DNA of 34,392 bases, from positions 9,729,481-9,763,872 of the forward strand of contig NC_057758.1 of assembly GCF_004010195.1 (NCBI RefSeq), read 5' to 3'. The DNA is from Chiloscyllium plagiosum (taxonomy: Eukaryota). Numbering within the stretch: the stretch's first letter is position 1; the number at the start of each line of letters is the position of its first letter. Below are positions 1-11,800 of the stretch, piece by piece. Both the position numbers and the translations under genes were made by a program. Below the pieces are notes generated by a model. That model saw only the letters and a program-made list of their open reading frames with translations, made no database searches and was not told the DNA's origin.

Positions 1-94
1 AGGCACAGGTGAGTGATGCTGTATGGGAACATGAGGAAGAGGGACAAGGGAGTGAGGGAAGGGGAGAAAGAGTGTAAACCTACACCACAGGGAT

Positions 95-765
95 TTGGGA
101 GTCCTTGTGTATGAATGCCAAAACAGTCACAAAATTCTCCAGGGTAATGGGGAAGACAAATGGGGGTGGGGAATGTTACTAAAACTATCCCACAGCCCAC
201 AGTTGGGACACTGTGGACAGTTTTGGTCATTGTATTATAAAGAAAGATGTACTGGTGTTGAAAGGAGTCCAGGGAAAGTGCACTCAGTTGATCCTGGGTA
301 TGAAAAGATTGTTAAAAATGGAGAGGTTGAGTAGGTTGGGCTTGTCATCATTGGAGTTTAGAAGAGTGAAAGGAAATCTTACTGAAACATACAAGATTCT
401 TTGAGAACTTAACAGAGTAGACGTGGAGCGGTTGTTTTGCTTTAAGATCAGTGAGCAACATCTCAGCGTAAAGCGTTGCCTGGTTAGGAGAGAGATGTGG
501 AGGAATTTCTTCTTTGAGAGTACGGGATCTGTGGAATTCTTCACCACAGAGGACTGTAAAGGCTAAGTTGTTGCATATGTTCAAGGCTGAGATAGGCTTT
601 GAATCAGTAAAGGAATCAAAGTTTATGGGTAAAAGGCAGGAAAGTGGAGTTGAGGGTTATGGGTAAAAGGCAGGAAAGTGGAGTTGAGGGTTATTACATC
701 ACGGTAGTATAAACCTGGTAGACCAAATGGCCACCTTCTGCTTCTGCATCATCTGGCCCTATCGA
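95..765 (+). mobile_element. Decayed CR1 LINE 3' fragment (RT C-terminus and 3'UTR)
   Basis: Frameshifted CR1 ORF2 C-terminal motifs (RLSRLGLSSLEFRRVKGNLTETYKIL; RNFFFE...LWNS) and a CR1-type 3' end (AATGGCCACCTTCTGCTTC). Confidence 0.8.
623..694 (+). repeat. Perfect 34-bp tandem duplication inside a CR1 3' region
   Basis: TTATGGGTAAAAGGCAGGAAAGTGGAGTTGAGGG at 623-656 and 657-690, plus TTAT. Confidence 0.9.
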
Positions 766-849
766 CAAATGGCTGTAGACCAAGGATGGATTGAAGTCAG
801 TTAGTTGAGGAAACGACAAACACTGTTACTGACCAAACTATTGGAGCTG

Positions 850-1240
850 CAGTTAGACAAGTCCCTGTATCATAATGGACTACTCTTTCAAAGAAGCAAA
901 AGAGACAGTTGGTGCATTTTCAGGTTGACAGAAATAATGACCAATGTGCCACAGGGTCAGTACTGGAGCCTCAACTTTTTACAACTTGTAGAAATGACTA
1001 GGATGAAGAAATGGAAATTACCAAATTTGCTGGTAACAGGTAAATAGGAGAGTAACTTGTGAAGGTGACAAAGACGACAGAGGGATATAAACAAGGGCTT
1101 GGATAAAGCTATGGGAAGTCAAACATGCTGTGGTAAATGTATAATTGTTCAGATTGGCCGGAAAAGTTTTTAAAAGGAGCATATGATCTTAATGGTGAGA
1201 GGTAGCAAAGCTCTGAGATGCAGACAGGTCTGGGTCTCCT
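850..1240 (+). mobile_element. Highly decayed CR1 RT fragment
   Basis: Residual VPQG motif (GTGCCACAGGGTCAGTACTGG) and KFA motif (AAATTTGCTGG), with many indels. Confidence 0.6.
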
Positions 1241-1254
1241 TGTTTAATAGTTGC

Positions 1255-1800
1255 AGAAGGAAAGAAGGGCAAAGGAGGGGTGGTAAGAGAATGGGCAAGA
1301 GGGGAGGATAGGGAGGAAATGAGGGCAGAGTGGAAGGGCGAGCTTGGAGGGGAGCTTGATGAGTGAGGGATTAGGATGCAAGTTGGGAGAAAAGAGTGGT
1401 GAGTGTAGGTGGGTAGGGGAAAGGAAGAAGGTGAATGAGGAAGGGAGAAAGACAGAGGAGGAGGAGGAATACCAGCAATGGGAAGGCAGATCAGGAGGTG
1501 GGAGACAGAGTGGAAGTGAAAGAGTGGAAGAGCAAATGGAGATGGAGAAAGGGTGAGAGGAGGGTAGGAAAGGAGAATAGAATGGGACAAGAGAGATGGC
1601 TGTGGTGAAGGGTGAGGTCAGAGGTCAGGAACATAAAAAATAGTGAGGGATGTGGGGAGAGGAGCAGAGAAAGCACATGATTTGGAAAGTAGGACGGATG
1701 GGGAAGGATATGCAAGAGTTTAGAAGGAGAGAGGAGGGAGAGAGCAGGATAGGAAAGTACAGCTGAATAAGGGAGAGAGTGGGAGAAACAGAGGGAAGTT
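1255..1800 (+). repeat. Purine-rich (GA) low-complexity tract
   Basis: About 550 bp of G/A-dominated sequence; the overlapping ORFs are low-complexity artefacts. Confidence 0.8.
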
Positions 1801-1974
1801 GAGATTAACTGTTAGCTGTCACTGAAAAGTATGTACATATTTGTACCGTGAATACAGAAACATTATTCCTCTTGTTCACACTAGGCTGCTGATTTGCAGA
1901 GAGCAATTTTGTAGATACTTAGAAATAGAACCTGCTGGATATGCTGACAAAAGGTAAGGTGCTGATTTCACTTT

Positions 1975-2345
1975 GTTTTCATTCATTTCAGCAGTTATTG
2001 CCCATCCGTAGTTGCCCGTGAAAAGGTGGTGGTCAGCTCCCTTCTTAAAACACTGCAGTCCATGTGCTGACAGTAGGGAATTCCGTCCCTACACTACTCA
2101 CAGAGATGGGGTTCCAGGATTTTGAGCTATTGACTGTAAAAGGACGGCAATATATTTCCAAGTCAGGATGGTGAGAGGCTTGGAGGGGGACTTGCAGATG
2201 GTGATGTTCCAATGTTTCTATTGCCCTTGTCCTTCCAGATGGAAGTGGTCGTGGGTTTGGAAGGTGCTGCTTAAGGATCATTGATGAATTTCTGAGCCGC
2301 AACTTGTCAATAGTACACGTTGCTACTGCTGACCATCTGTGGTGA
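1975..2345 (-). mobile_element. CR1/L2-group (Zenon-like) LINE 3' fragment
   Basis: Minus-strand peptide LKQHLPNPRPLPSGRTRA...SKSWN resembles a LINE ORF2 C-terminus; probably the same group as the fragments at 31015-34110. Subfamily name is tentative. Confidence 0.55.
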
Positions 2346-5210
2346 ATAGAAACCAGGGGCAGGCCATTCAGCCCTTAGCCTGTCGCAAAGATATTACTAC
2401 AGTTGTTATGGGGGAGAATCAGGATGGTACTGGACCCCAAGAAAGGGAGTTTGTGGAGTGCCTCTGAGATAGATTCTTAGAACAGCTTAGAACAGCTGGT
2501 GCTGGAGCCAACCAGGGAGAAGGCAATTCTGGATCTGGTGTTGTGCAGGGACCTCGAAATAAAGGAGCCATTAGGAGGTAGTGACCATAATACAATAAGC
2601 TTTAATCTGCAGTTTGAAAGGGAGAGGGTACAATCGGAAGTGACAATATTTCAGTTGAATAAGGGGAACTATGGAGCTATGAGGGAGGAGCTGGCCAAAG
2701 TTCAATGGTGCAATACCCTAGGGAAGCTTTTGAAGAACAACAGAGGATAACTAAAAAGGAAATACACGCCAAAGAAAAAAATGAAGTATGAAGGTAAATT
2801 GGCCAAAAATATAAAGGAGGATAGTAAAGGCTTTTTTAGGTATGTGAAAAGAAAAAAAAAATGGTTAAGACTAAAATTGGGCCCTTGAAGACAGAAACGG
2901 TGAATTTATTATGGGGAGCAAAGAAATGGCAGAAGAGTTGAATTGGTACTTTAGTTCTGTCTTCACTGGGGAAGACACGAGCAATCTCCCAGATGTAACA
3001 GCGACTGAAGGACCTGAACTGAAGGGAATTTATATTAGGCAGGAAATGGTGTTGGAGAGACTGTTAGGTCTGAAGGCTGATACGTCCCCGGGACCTAATG
3101 GTCTACATCCCAGGGTTCTGAAGGAGGTGGCTCTAGAAATCGTGGATGCATTGGTAATCATTTTCTAATGTTCTATAGATTCAGGATCAGTTCCTGCGGT
3201 TTGGAGAGTGGCTAATGTTGCCCCACTTTTTAAGAAAGAAGAGAGAGAGAAAACAGAGAATTATAGACCAGTCAGTCTGACCTCAGTGGTGGGAAAAATG
3301 CTGGAGTCAATTATAAAGGATGAAATTACGATACATTTGGATAGCAGTAACAGGATAGGTCAGAGTCAGCATGGATTTATGAAAGGGAAATCATGCTTGA
3401 CTAATCTTCTGGAATTCTTTGAGGATGTAACTCTGAAGATGAACAAGGGAGATCCAGTGGATGTAGTATACCTGGACTTTTACATAGGAGGTTAGTGAGC
3501 AAACTTAGAGCACATGGTATTAGGGGCAAAATACTGACATGGATTGAAAATTGGTTGGCTGACAGGAAACAAAGAGTAGTGATAAACGGCTCCCTTTTGG
3601 AATGGCAGGAGGTGACCAGTGGTGTGCCGCAGGGATCAGTGCTGGGACCACAGCTTTTTACAATGTACATTAATGATATAGATGAAGGTATTAAAAGTAA
3701 TATTAGCAAATTTGCTGATGACACAAAACTGGGTGACACTGTGAAATGTGAGGAGGATGTTAGGAGAATGCAGGGTGATCTGAACAGGCTAAGTGAGTGG
3801 ACAGATGCATGGCAGATGCAGTTTAATGTGGATAAATATATGGTTATCCACTTTGGTGGCAAGAACAGAAAGGCAGATTACTGCCTAAATGGAGTCAAGT
3901 TAGGTAAAGGGGCAGTACAACGAAATCTAGGTGTTCTTGTACACCAGTCAATGAAGGTAAGCATGCAGGTACAGCAGGTAGTGAAGAAAGCTAATAGCAT
4001 GCTGGCCTTCATAACAAGAGGGATTGAGTATAGAAGCAAAGAGGTTCTTCTGCAGCTATACAGGGCCCTGGTGAGACTATACCTGGAATATTGTGCACAG
4101 TTTTGGTCTCCAAATTTGAGGGAAGACATTCTGGCTATTGAGGGAGTGCAACGTAGGTCACAAGGTCAATTCCTGGAATGGCAGGGCTATCTTACGCTTA
4201 TGTGATTGAGACGTATAAGATTATTAAAGGATTGGACACTCTGGAGGCAGGAAACATGTTTCCGCTGATGGGTGAGTGCCGAACCAGAGGACACAGTTTA
4301 AAAATAAGGGGTAGGCCACTTAGAACAGAGTTGAGGAGAAACTTCTTCACCCAGAGAGTGGTTGGTGTGTGGAATGCTCTGCCCCAGAGGGCTGTGGAGG
4401 CCCAGTCTCTGGATACTTTCAAGAAAGAGTTGGATAGAGCTCTTAAGGATAGTGGAATCAAGGGCTATGGAGAGAAGGCAGGAACAAGATACTGATTGAG
4501 GATGATCAGCCATGATCATATTGAATGGTGGTGCAGGCTCGAAGGGCAGAATGGCCTACTCCTGCACCTATTGTTTATTGTCTGCTCTGTCATTCAACGT
4601 GGTCATGACTAATCCTCTACTTCAACGTCATATTCCTGCTTTCTCTTCACATTGTTTGATGCCTTTAAATTCTAAAAAGGTATGTATATCTCTCTTCAAT
4701 ATATTCTTGCCTCCTCTTGCAATCATCTTGTAATGAAAGCCAATATATTGTTTGCTTTCCTAATTGCTTGCTGCACATGTGTTTCTAAATTCATTAATGT
4801 ACATCACACTAGATTCCTTTGTACCTCCACATTTCCTAATATCACCATTGAAATAAGATGATTTATTTTGTCTTTCACACTGATGTGTATAACTTCACGT
4901 TTAGCCATGTGTTTCTGACTTGCTCAATTTGTCTAAATCACATGAAAATACCCTTGCAACCTCCTTACGATTCTCAGCTCTGTCCAGTTTTCCGTTGTCA
5001 GCAAAGTTAGAAATGTTGCATTTGCTTCCCTCATCCAAGTCATCAGTTTATGTTGTGAATAGCTGGGTCACAATCACTGATCCTTGGGGACTAGCCGCTG
5101 CCTGCCACTTGGAAAAAAGACCCATTTGTTTCCATTTTCTGATCCTATGTACAAATTCGTGACCCATGCAAATACATTATCTCCCAATCCGTGTCCCTAA
5201 AAACCTTTTC
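2346..5210 (-). mobile_element. Old minus-strand CR1 (3' end at 2346-2383, body at 4583-5210), split by a younger CR1
   Basis: GGCCATTCAGCCCTTAGCCTG (about 2362-2382) continues naturally as GCTCTGTCATTCAA at about 4584; a decayed RT region (FADN, PQGSV) lies at 4980-5110. Confidence 0.65.
2405..4583 (+). mobile_element. 5'-truncated CR1 LINE (endonuclease C-terminus, RT, 3'UTR), pseudogenised
   Basis: ORF pieces ILDLVL..PLGGSDHN, NYRPVSLTSVVGKMLE, QHGF, GVPQGSVLGP, KFADDTKL, RRNFFTQRVV; 3' tail ACTCCTGCACCTATTGTTTATTGTCT; stops, frameshifts and internal deletions. Confidence 0.95.
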
Positions 5211-5212
5211 TG

Positions 5213-5815
5213 TAGCAGGCCTGTCATTTTGATAGAGCGGTGAGAAGAGAAGGTGAAGTGAAGCGAGGGCTGCCGGGAAGGGTAAGTTTTCCCACTTAAA
5301 AAGGGACTTAACTCAGGAGTCTTGCTTGCCTTCATTAGCCAGTGAATTGAGTATAGGAGTTGGGAGGTCATGTTGCAGCTGTGCAGTAATTTGGTTAGGC
5401 CATTTTTTTGGAATTCGGCATTCAATTCTGGTCTCCCTGCTATAGGAAAGATGTTATAAATGTTGAAAGGGTTCAGAAAAGAATTACAAAAACGTTTCCA
5501 GGTTTGGAAGATTTGAGGAAGAGGGAAAGGTTGAATAGGCTGGGGCTATTTTCCCTGGAGATTGGAGGCTGAGGGGTGATGTTATAGACGTTTACAAAAT
5601 CATGAGCGATATGGATAGAGTGAATACCCAAAGTCTTTTCCACAGGGTAGGGGGAGCCCAAAACTAGAGGGCATAGGTTTAAGGTGAGAAGGGAAAGATT
5701 GAAAAGGGACATCTATTTTGTTCACAAAGATGGTGGTGCATGTGTGGAATGAGCAGCCAGGCACGGTGGCGACGTCTGGTACTGATATAACATCTAAAAG
5801 GCATCTGGATGGTGA
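5213..5815 (+). mobile_element. CR1 3' fragment preceded by a CR1 5'UTR-like monomer (candidate bipartite element)
   Basis: 5320-5815 is a CR1 ORF2 C-terminus; 5213-5319 resembles the 5'UTR monomer at 24928-25050 (GCGAGGGCTGCCGGGAAGGGTAAGT...TTAAAAAGGGACTTAACTCAGG). Confidence 0.7.
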
Positions 5816-5951
5816 CAGTGACTGACTGTCCACCCAAACCCATTACCGGCGACTCCACATCATGAGTTGGATATTGATAGGGCTGCCATAATCCTGCCAG
5901 ATCAGGTGCCTAAACTAGAGATGACTGGTGATGATTTAACCTGAGGGTCAC

Positions 5952-6617
5952 GTCTTGCAGCGTCTACCATGACAGGGTTGTATGGTATTGTCCTGAAAGC
6001 TGGGCAGTTTGTTACGAACAATGATCTGTTTGAGGTTTGGTGGCTGTTTAAAGTAAGAAGTGGAGATGGGGGGGGGGGGGGGGGGTGGGGGGGGTGGAGG
6101 TTCAGGCCTTAGTGAGGTGCTCATCCTCATTGATAATGTGTTGCAGGCTCTGAATAACTTGTGCTTCGCAGAATTAAATTTTGCTTTTTGCTCAAAAACT
6201 GCATGAATCCATGTAAGATTCTGTAAATCCGTTTTTTAGATTACAATGAGTCTGACCATTGTGGCACAGACAGCCTCACAGGGAGCTAACACCTTCAATA
6301 CATTATCTGGGCCAATATGACATCAATTGTTATAATTCACTTGAGAACGTAACTTTTAAAAAACATTTTGCGATTTACATATGAAAGAACTGAAACCAAC
6401 ATGGTCATTCTAAAAGATGAGAGATTTAACAAACAATCCAGATCTTTTTCAATATATAATTTCAGTTACATCACACTGTAAACTTTTGCTATAAATTCTG
6501 TGTCATAGAATCTTATTCTCCACAATCACCTGATGAAACAGCAGTGTGATGAAGCTCCGAAAGCTAGTGCTTCCAAATAAACCTGTTGGACTATAAAGTG
6601 GTGTTGTGTGATTTTTA
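5952..6617. mobile_element. Penelope-like element fragment: inverted ORF piece (5952-6160, -) joined to a 3'UTR/pseudo-LTR (6165-6617, +)
   Basis: Minus peptide FKQPPNLKQIIVRNKLP...PCHGRRCKT is the PLE linker with Cys motif before GIY-YIG; the plus part ends in CTGATGA...GAAAGCTA followed by AATAAACCTGTTGGACTAT. Confidence 0.8.
6527..6569 (+). ncRNA. Decayed minimal type I hammerhead ribozyme motif in a PLE terminal repeat
   Basis: CAC-CTGATGA-(stem II disrupted, contains an extra TGATGAA)-GAAA-GC-TA-GTG; stem I CAC/GTG; palindromic AGCT stem III. Confidence 0.6.
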
Positions 6618-7159
6618 TCTGTGGAATTATGGCGACTTTACCTTAATTATACAATAATACAGTTGCTGTTTATGCCTGTCTGTAGAGCAGAATTTGGGAT
6701 TAAATAGTGAAACGTGTTTCAAAAAAGGAGTTTAGTATACAACAATGTATTGTTTAGATGATAAACTTTTATGTAAATTTTAAAAAGTCAATACAAATTG
6801 TGCATGTATCATTGTTGGAATTGTCTAAAATATGTTCGTATTGGAATGATGTTCCGAAAGACCTGAGAGGGATTTCAGTAAGTGTCTGACTTAAGTTTAA
6901 GTAGTAAGTTTGTGGAGAGCTCTACTGAGCAGGTTAAGAAATGTCCTTTGACGTAGATATCCTGTTAGTCTGGCCGCAAGGGGCTAATAATACAGAGGAG
7001 GGGTTGGGTGGAGCAATGCAGTAGACTCAGACACAGCATTATGTGTTCACAAGCCAGACTGAAGAAATGGAACTTGGCAGCACTTGAGTTTGGTCACTGA
7101 CCTCCTTGTTGGTTGTTTTACCCTCATCATGTCAGCAGTTTGATGGAAAGTAGATCCTA

Positions 7160-7172
7160 GTTACCAGGCAAC
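7160..7172. promoter_or_regulatory. RFX X-box motif
   Basis: GTTACC-A-GGCAAC fits GTNRCC(N0-3)RGYAAC and lies in apparently non-repetitive sequence; motif match only. Confidence 0.35.
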
Positions 7173-7486
7173 AAACCCTCTAACTCAATAACAGAGACCG
7201 TACCTTGGAGCAGCAGGTCCACAGGAATATTATTTTATCAGCAAATAATTTTATTTATATGCTGACTCAAAACAACTAATTGGTTACATTAACACACAAA
7301 TCCTGATACAGTTTCCAGTTGTAGAGGAATTCACTGTTTCTCTTTTTGGATTTACTCAATAATTCTTCTCATCACTGGAGTGTTTATGGATAAACATACC
7401 AGATTGTGGGGGTGGGAGTTGATTCTCATTCCAGAAAGCAGTCACAGTCTGTGTGTTTACTTACCACCTGGTACCTACCGCCGGCT

Positions 7487-7685
7487 CCTCTCCTCTCTCC
7501 GTCTTTCCCTGTGGTCTCCCTCTTGCCCATCCTTTCTTCCCTCCACTCCTCCCTCTCTGTCTCTCAGTCTATCACTCACTCACTCACAGACTCTAGACCT
7601 TGCTCTCTCTTTCTCTCCCACTTTCACTCATTCTCTCAATCTCTTCCATACACTCTAGCTCACTGGCACACTCAATCTGTCTGAA
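7487..7685 (+). repeat. CT/CA-rich low-complexity tract
   Basis: Pyrimidine-rich run with (CT)n and CACT units. Confidence 0.7.
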
Positions 7686-7789
7686 CATAGTGAACAGGCC
7701 CCATGACAAGTTGAATTGACTAAGTGAAGTCACCATGAGTTGGTGAAAGCACAATTGTGTTGAGGCAGACGTTTACATAAAGTCAGCGG

Positions 7790-8260
7790 AGTGTAAGGAA
7801 ATCATAGTGGCTAACTTTTTTTCTCGGATTGGAGAAAGCTATGTTGTGGGGCTATTCAGAAGCTGCTTTTCTTGATTGACATCAATGTTTTCGAGCAGTT
7901 TCAAACTTTGCAGTTGACAAAAAAAACTCTGAAGCATACTGAGCTGTGCAAAGGATATGGATCGACTTCAGTCAGACATAAACTGATGTAGTTAAATGGA
8001 TTTGGAGTAGCTGAGAGAAGTAGGCAGTGGTCCATCTTATTGGTGATGCAACATGAAATAAGGAGTATAATTCTAAATCAAGACGATTGGATAAATTGAT
8101 GAAGTTGATAAGTAGGATAAGAAGGTGGTTTTAAGTCAATAGGTATCCTATAAACAGAAAGGTGTTGTGTACAGAAGCTCAAAGCAAGACACTGGCCATC
8201 TCACAATTGTTTGATTCAGAGAGCACATCCGAGGGAGGATGTTAAAGATAGGAAAGGGCT
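7790..8260 (+). mobile_element. Very old CR1 RT remnant
   Basis: Faint motifs (TTTGCAGTTGACA for FADD; TTGTGTACAGAAGCT...AGAGCAC for LYKSLVRPHLEYC). Confidence 0.45.
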
Positions 8261-8361
8261 GATCATGAGGGATGTTACAATGTAAAATGCACCAGTTCTT
8301 GTTCTTTGCAGACAGAGGGAGCAATTGCAAACACTGCTCTGTTCAACTCAAGAGTAAAACA

Positions 8362-8468
8362 AAAACTGGAATCCAGGGTAGACAAGCAGGACACTGGAAG
8401 AACACAGCAAGCCAGGCAGGCAGCATTAGAAGGTGGAGAAGTCAATGATTCGGGTGTAACCCTTCTTC
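8362..8468 (-). mobile_element. Decayed PLE pseudo-LTR fragment with hammerhead remnant
   Basis: Resembles the termini at 15880-15960 and 18035-18112; the minus strand reads GAAGA-A-GGGT-TAC-ACCC-GAAT. Confidence 0.7.
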
Positions 8469-8472
8469 CTGC

Positions 8473-8608
8473 CATCAGACTTCAGGTGAGGGAAAAGGTT
8501 GAGAAGTAAAGTCTTTTATGGTAACCTCAAACCGGTGATGGCCATTGAACCCACGCTGTTGGCAGCACATTGCCCTGAAAACCAACCATCCAACTAACTG
8601 CTAAACCA
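8473..8608 (-). mobile_element. Old tRNA-derived SINE head
   Basis: Minus strand has an A-box-like GGTTTAGCAGTTAGTTGG and a B-box-like GGGTTCAATGGCC. Confidence 0.55.
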
Positions 8609-8854
8609 ATGCCTGAGACTGACATGCAGCCTGAAAAACAATAAAACGATTCTGAAAATCTCTTTTGGTGGAGCTTTTTTGACTCCTAATCAAACAGTTC
8701 TTCATTTCTATAAGAAGCCACTGTAGATAGTTCTGAATCAGAGATGTTACTCCACGCGTGTGGAGGAGTTGAGACTTGAGCCACGTCAACCAAAGCTCAG
8801 AGGTGGGGAGAGTATCACTGTGTGTTGACCTCAACTCTTAAATACAAATCTCTT

Positions 8855-11800
8855 TTTGTAGTCTCAGCTTACCTGCCCTCTCACCACAACCCTTACTTTT
8901 TTGAACAGGAAAGGAATTATTTAACTTAGCTTTAAAAACATTCAATGAGGAAGCCTCAACTACTTCAGTGGGCATGGAATTCGACCGATTCACAACCCTC
9001 TGGGTGAAGACGTTGCTTATTAATTCGGTCCTAAAGTACATTTGCTGTTTTCCGATCTGTGGAAAGTACTCCAGAGTCCAGAAAATTTTGGAAAATTACC
9101 AGAAATGCATTTGCTTCTTGTCCTGCCATCTCCTTTAGTACCCTGGAATACATGCAAGTGAAGCCAGGAGACTTGTCTACATTCAGCCCCATGAGCTCGC
9201 CCAAAACTACGTCTTTCATGATAATGATTGTTCCCAGATCATCACCTACCTTCGTCTCCTTGTCAATTACTGACGTGTTATTCGTGTCCTCCACTGTCAA
9301 GACTGACACAAAATACTTGCTTCGGGCATTGGGATCTCCATTTGCCGAGAGGTGCGAAGGAGGAGCAAAGGACTGCTGGGAAGATCTAAACCCGAAACCC
9401 TAAACCACAGGGCGTCTCTCCCACCCACCTCCTCTAACCTTACAAAGAGTCTGTAAACTCAATAAGTTTTCAGGTTTCTCTTTTTTTTTCTTCCTTTGTT
9501 TAGTCCTGTGTGGAGTTTCAACGTAGCAGGATATGGATGTTAGGGCAGTTGCATGTTCCTCCTGCAGAATGTGGCAGGTGAGAGACACTTCTGCTGACTC
9601 TGCAGATGTTTCTGCTGACTACATCTGTGGGAAGTGCACCCAACTCCAGCTCCTCGAAAACCGAGTTAGGGAATTGAAGCTGGTGCTGGATGGACTACAG
9701 ATCATCTGTGAGGCTGAGGGAGTAATTGAGAGGATGTACAGGAAGGTGGTGACTCCCCAGACACAGGTTAAGGACAGTTGGGGAGGAAAGGGAACCGATG
9801 GTCAGAGCAGGATCCCCTGTTGCTGTTCCCCTCAGCAATAAGTATAACCATTTTTGATACTGCTGGTGGGGACGACCTATCAGGGGAAAGCCATAGTTGT
9901 CAGGTCTCTGGCACTGAGCCTGGCACTGTTGCTCAGAAGGGAAATGGGGAAAATAGAAAAGCGCTTGTGGTTGGGGATTCAATAGTTAGATGAATTGACA
10001 GGAAATTTTGTGGTCAGGAACAGGACTCCCGGAAGGTATGTTGCCTCCCTGGTGCCAGGGTCCAGGATGTCACCGATCGAGTTCACAGCTACAGAAACGA
10101 AGGTTGTAGAGGAAACTTTGTCTACTGAGTGAGTCAGTATGGGGGGAGGTTAGGAACAGCAAGGGAACAGCCACCGCACTGGGGGTTTTCTACAGACCAC
10201 TATTAGCAGTAGAGAGATTGAAGAACTTATAGGCAGGCAGATTCTGGAAAAATGCAGATGTAGCAGGGTTATTGTTATGGGTGATTTCAACTTTCCCAAT
10301 ATCAAGTGGAACCTCCTTACTGCAGATGGTTTGGATGGAGCCGTTTTTGTCAGGTGCATTCAGGAGGGTTTCCTCACTCAGTATGTAGACAGACCGACAA
10401 GGGGAGAGGCCATTTTGGATTTGGTGCTCGGCAATGAGCCAGGACAGGTGTCAGATCTCATGGTGGGAGAGCACTTTGGTGACGGTGATCAGAGCTGCCT
10501 CACATTTACCATAGTCTTGGAGAGGGAAAGGAGCAGTTACCGAGGCAAGATATTTAATTGGGGGAAAGAAGTTATGACGCTATCAGACAGGAGTTGGGAA
10601 GTACAGACTGGGAGCAATTGTTCCACAGAAAGGGCACAGGAGAGATGTGGAGACTACTTAAGGAGCAGTTGTTGTGAGTGATGCACAAATTTGTTCCTCT
10701 GAGACAGGTAAGAAGGGGTAAGATTAAGGAGCCTTGGATGACGAGTGCAGAGGATCTTCTCATCAAAAGGAAGAAGGCAGCTTACATAAGGTGGAGGAAG
10801 CAAGGATCTAGCACAGCTTTAGAGGATTATAGGCTTACAAGAAAGGAGCTCAGAAATGAGCTGAGGAGAGCCAGGAGGGAGCACAAAAAAGGCTTGGCAA
10901 AAAGGATTAGGAAGAATCCAAAGGCATTTTACTCATACGTGAGGAATAAGAGAAAGATCAGGGAGAAAGTAGGGCCAATCAAGGATAGCAGAAGGAAATT
11001 GTGCATTGAGTCTGAACAGATAGGGGAGCCCTAAATGAGTTTTTTGCTTTGGTTTTCACCAAGGAAAGGGACCTTGTTGTGAATGAAAACTTCGAGGAGT
11101 TGGGATACAGTCTTGACCGGATCAAGATTGATGAAGATGATGTGCAAGAAATTTTGGAAAACATTCAGGTTGATAAGTCCCCAGGGCAGGACCAGATTTC
11201 TCCTCGGCTGCTCCAGGAAGCGAGAAAGGAGGTTGCTAAGCCGCTGGCGAGGATATTTGCCTCCTCACTCTCCACAGGAGTCGTACCGGAGGATTGGAGG
11301 GAGGTGAATGTTGTCCCTCTTTTCAAGAAAGGTAATCGGGAAATCCCTCGCAATTACAGACCAGTCAGTCTTATGTCTATGGCCAGCAAAGTTTTGGAAA
11401 GAATTTTGAGGGATAGGATGAATGACTATTTGGCAAAGTATAGTGTGACTAAAGTGGTCAGCATGGCTTTATGAGGGACAGGTCGTGCCTCACAAATCTT
11501 ATTGAGTTCTTTGAGGAAGTGACAAGACAGGTTGACGAAGGTTGAGCAGTGGATGTGGTGTATGTGGACTTCAACAAGGCATTTGATAAGATTCCCCATG
11601 ATAGGCTCATTTATAAAGTCAGGAAGTATAGGATACAGGGAGATTTGGCTATCTGGATTCAGAATTGGCTGGCTGACAGAAGGCAGAGAGTGGTTGTCGA
11701 TGGAAAGCATTCTGCCTGGAGGACAGTGTTGAGTGGGGCCCCGCAGGGCTCTGTTCTTGGGCCTCTGCTCTTTGTAGTTTTTATAAATAACTTGGATGAG

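Noticed and set aside
1189..1715. Pro/Ser/Leu-rich and Glu/Gly-rich ORFs
   Set aside because: Products of the GA-rich low-complexity tract; no domain.
7380..7684. Two 92-aa plus-strand ORFs
   Set aside because: CT-rich low complexity; no recognisable protein.
8766..8837. Possible hairpin (GAGTTGAG/CTCAACTC and GTCAAC/GTTGAC)
   Set aside because: Short interrupted stems with no family motif; compatible with chance.
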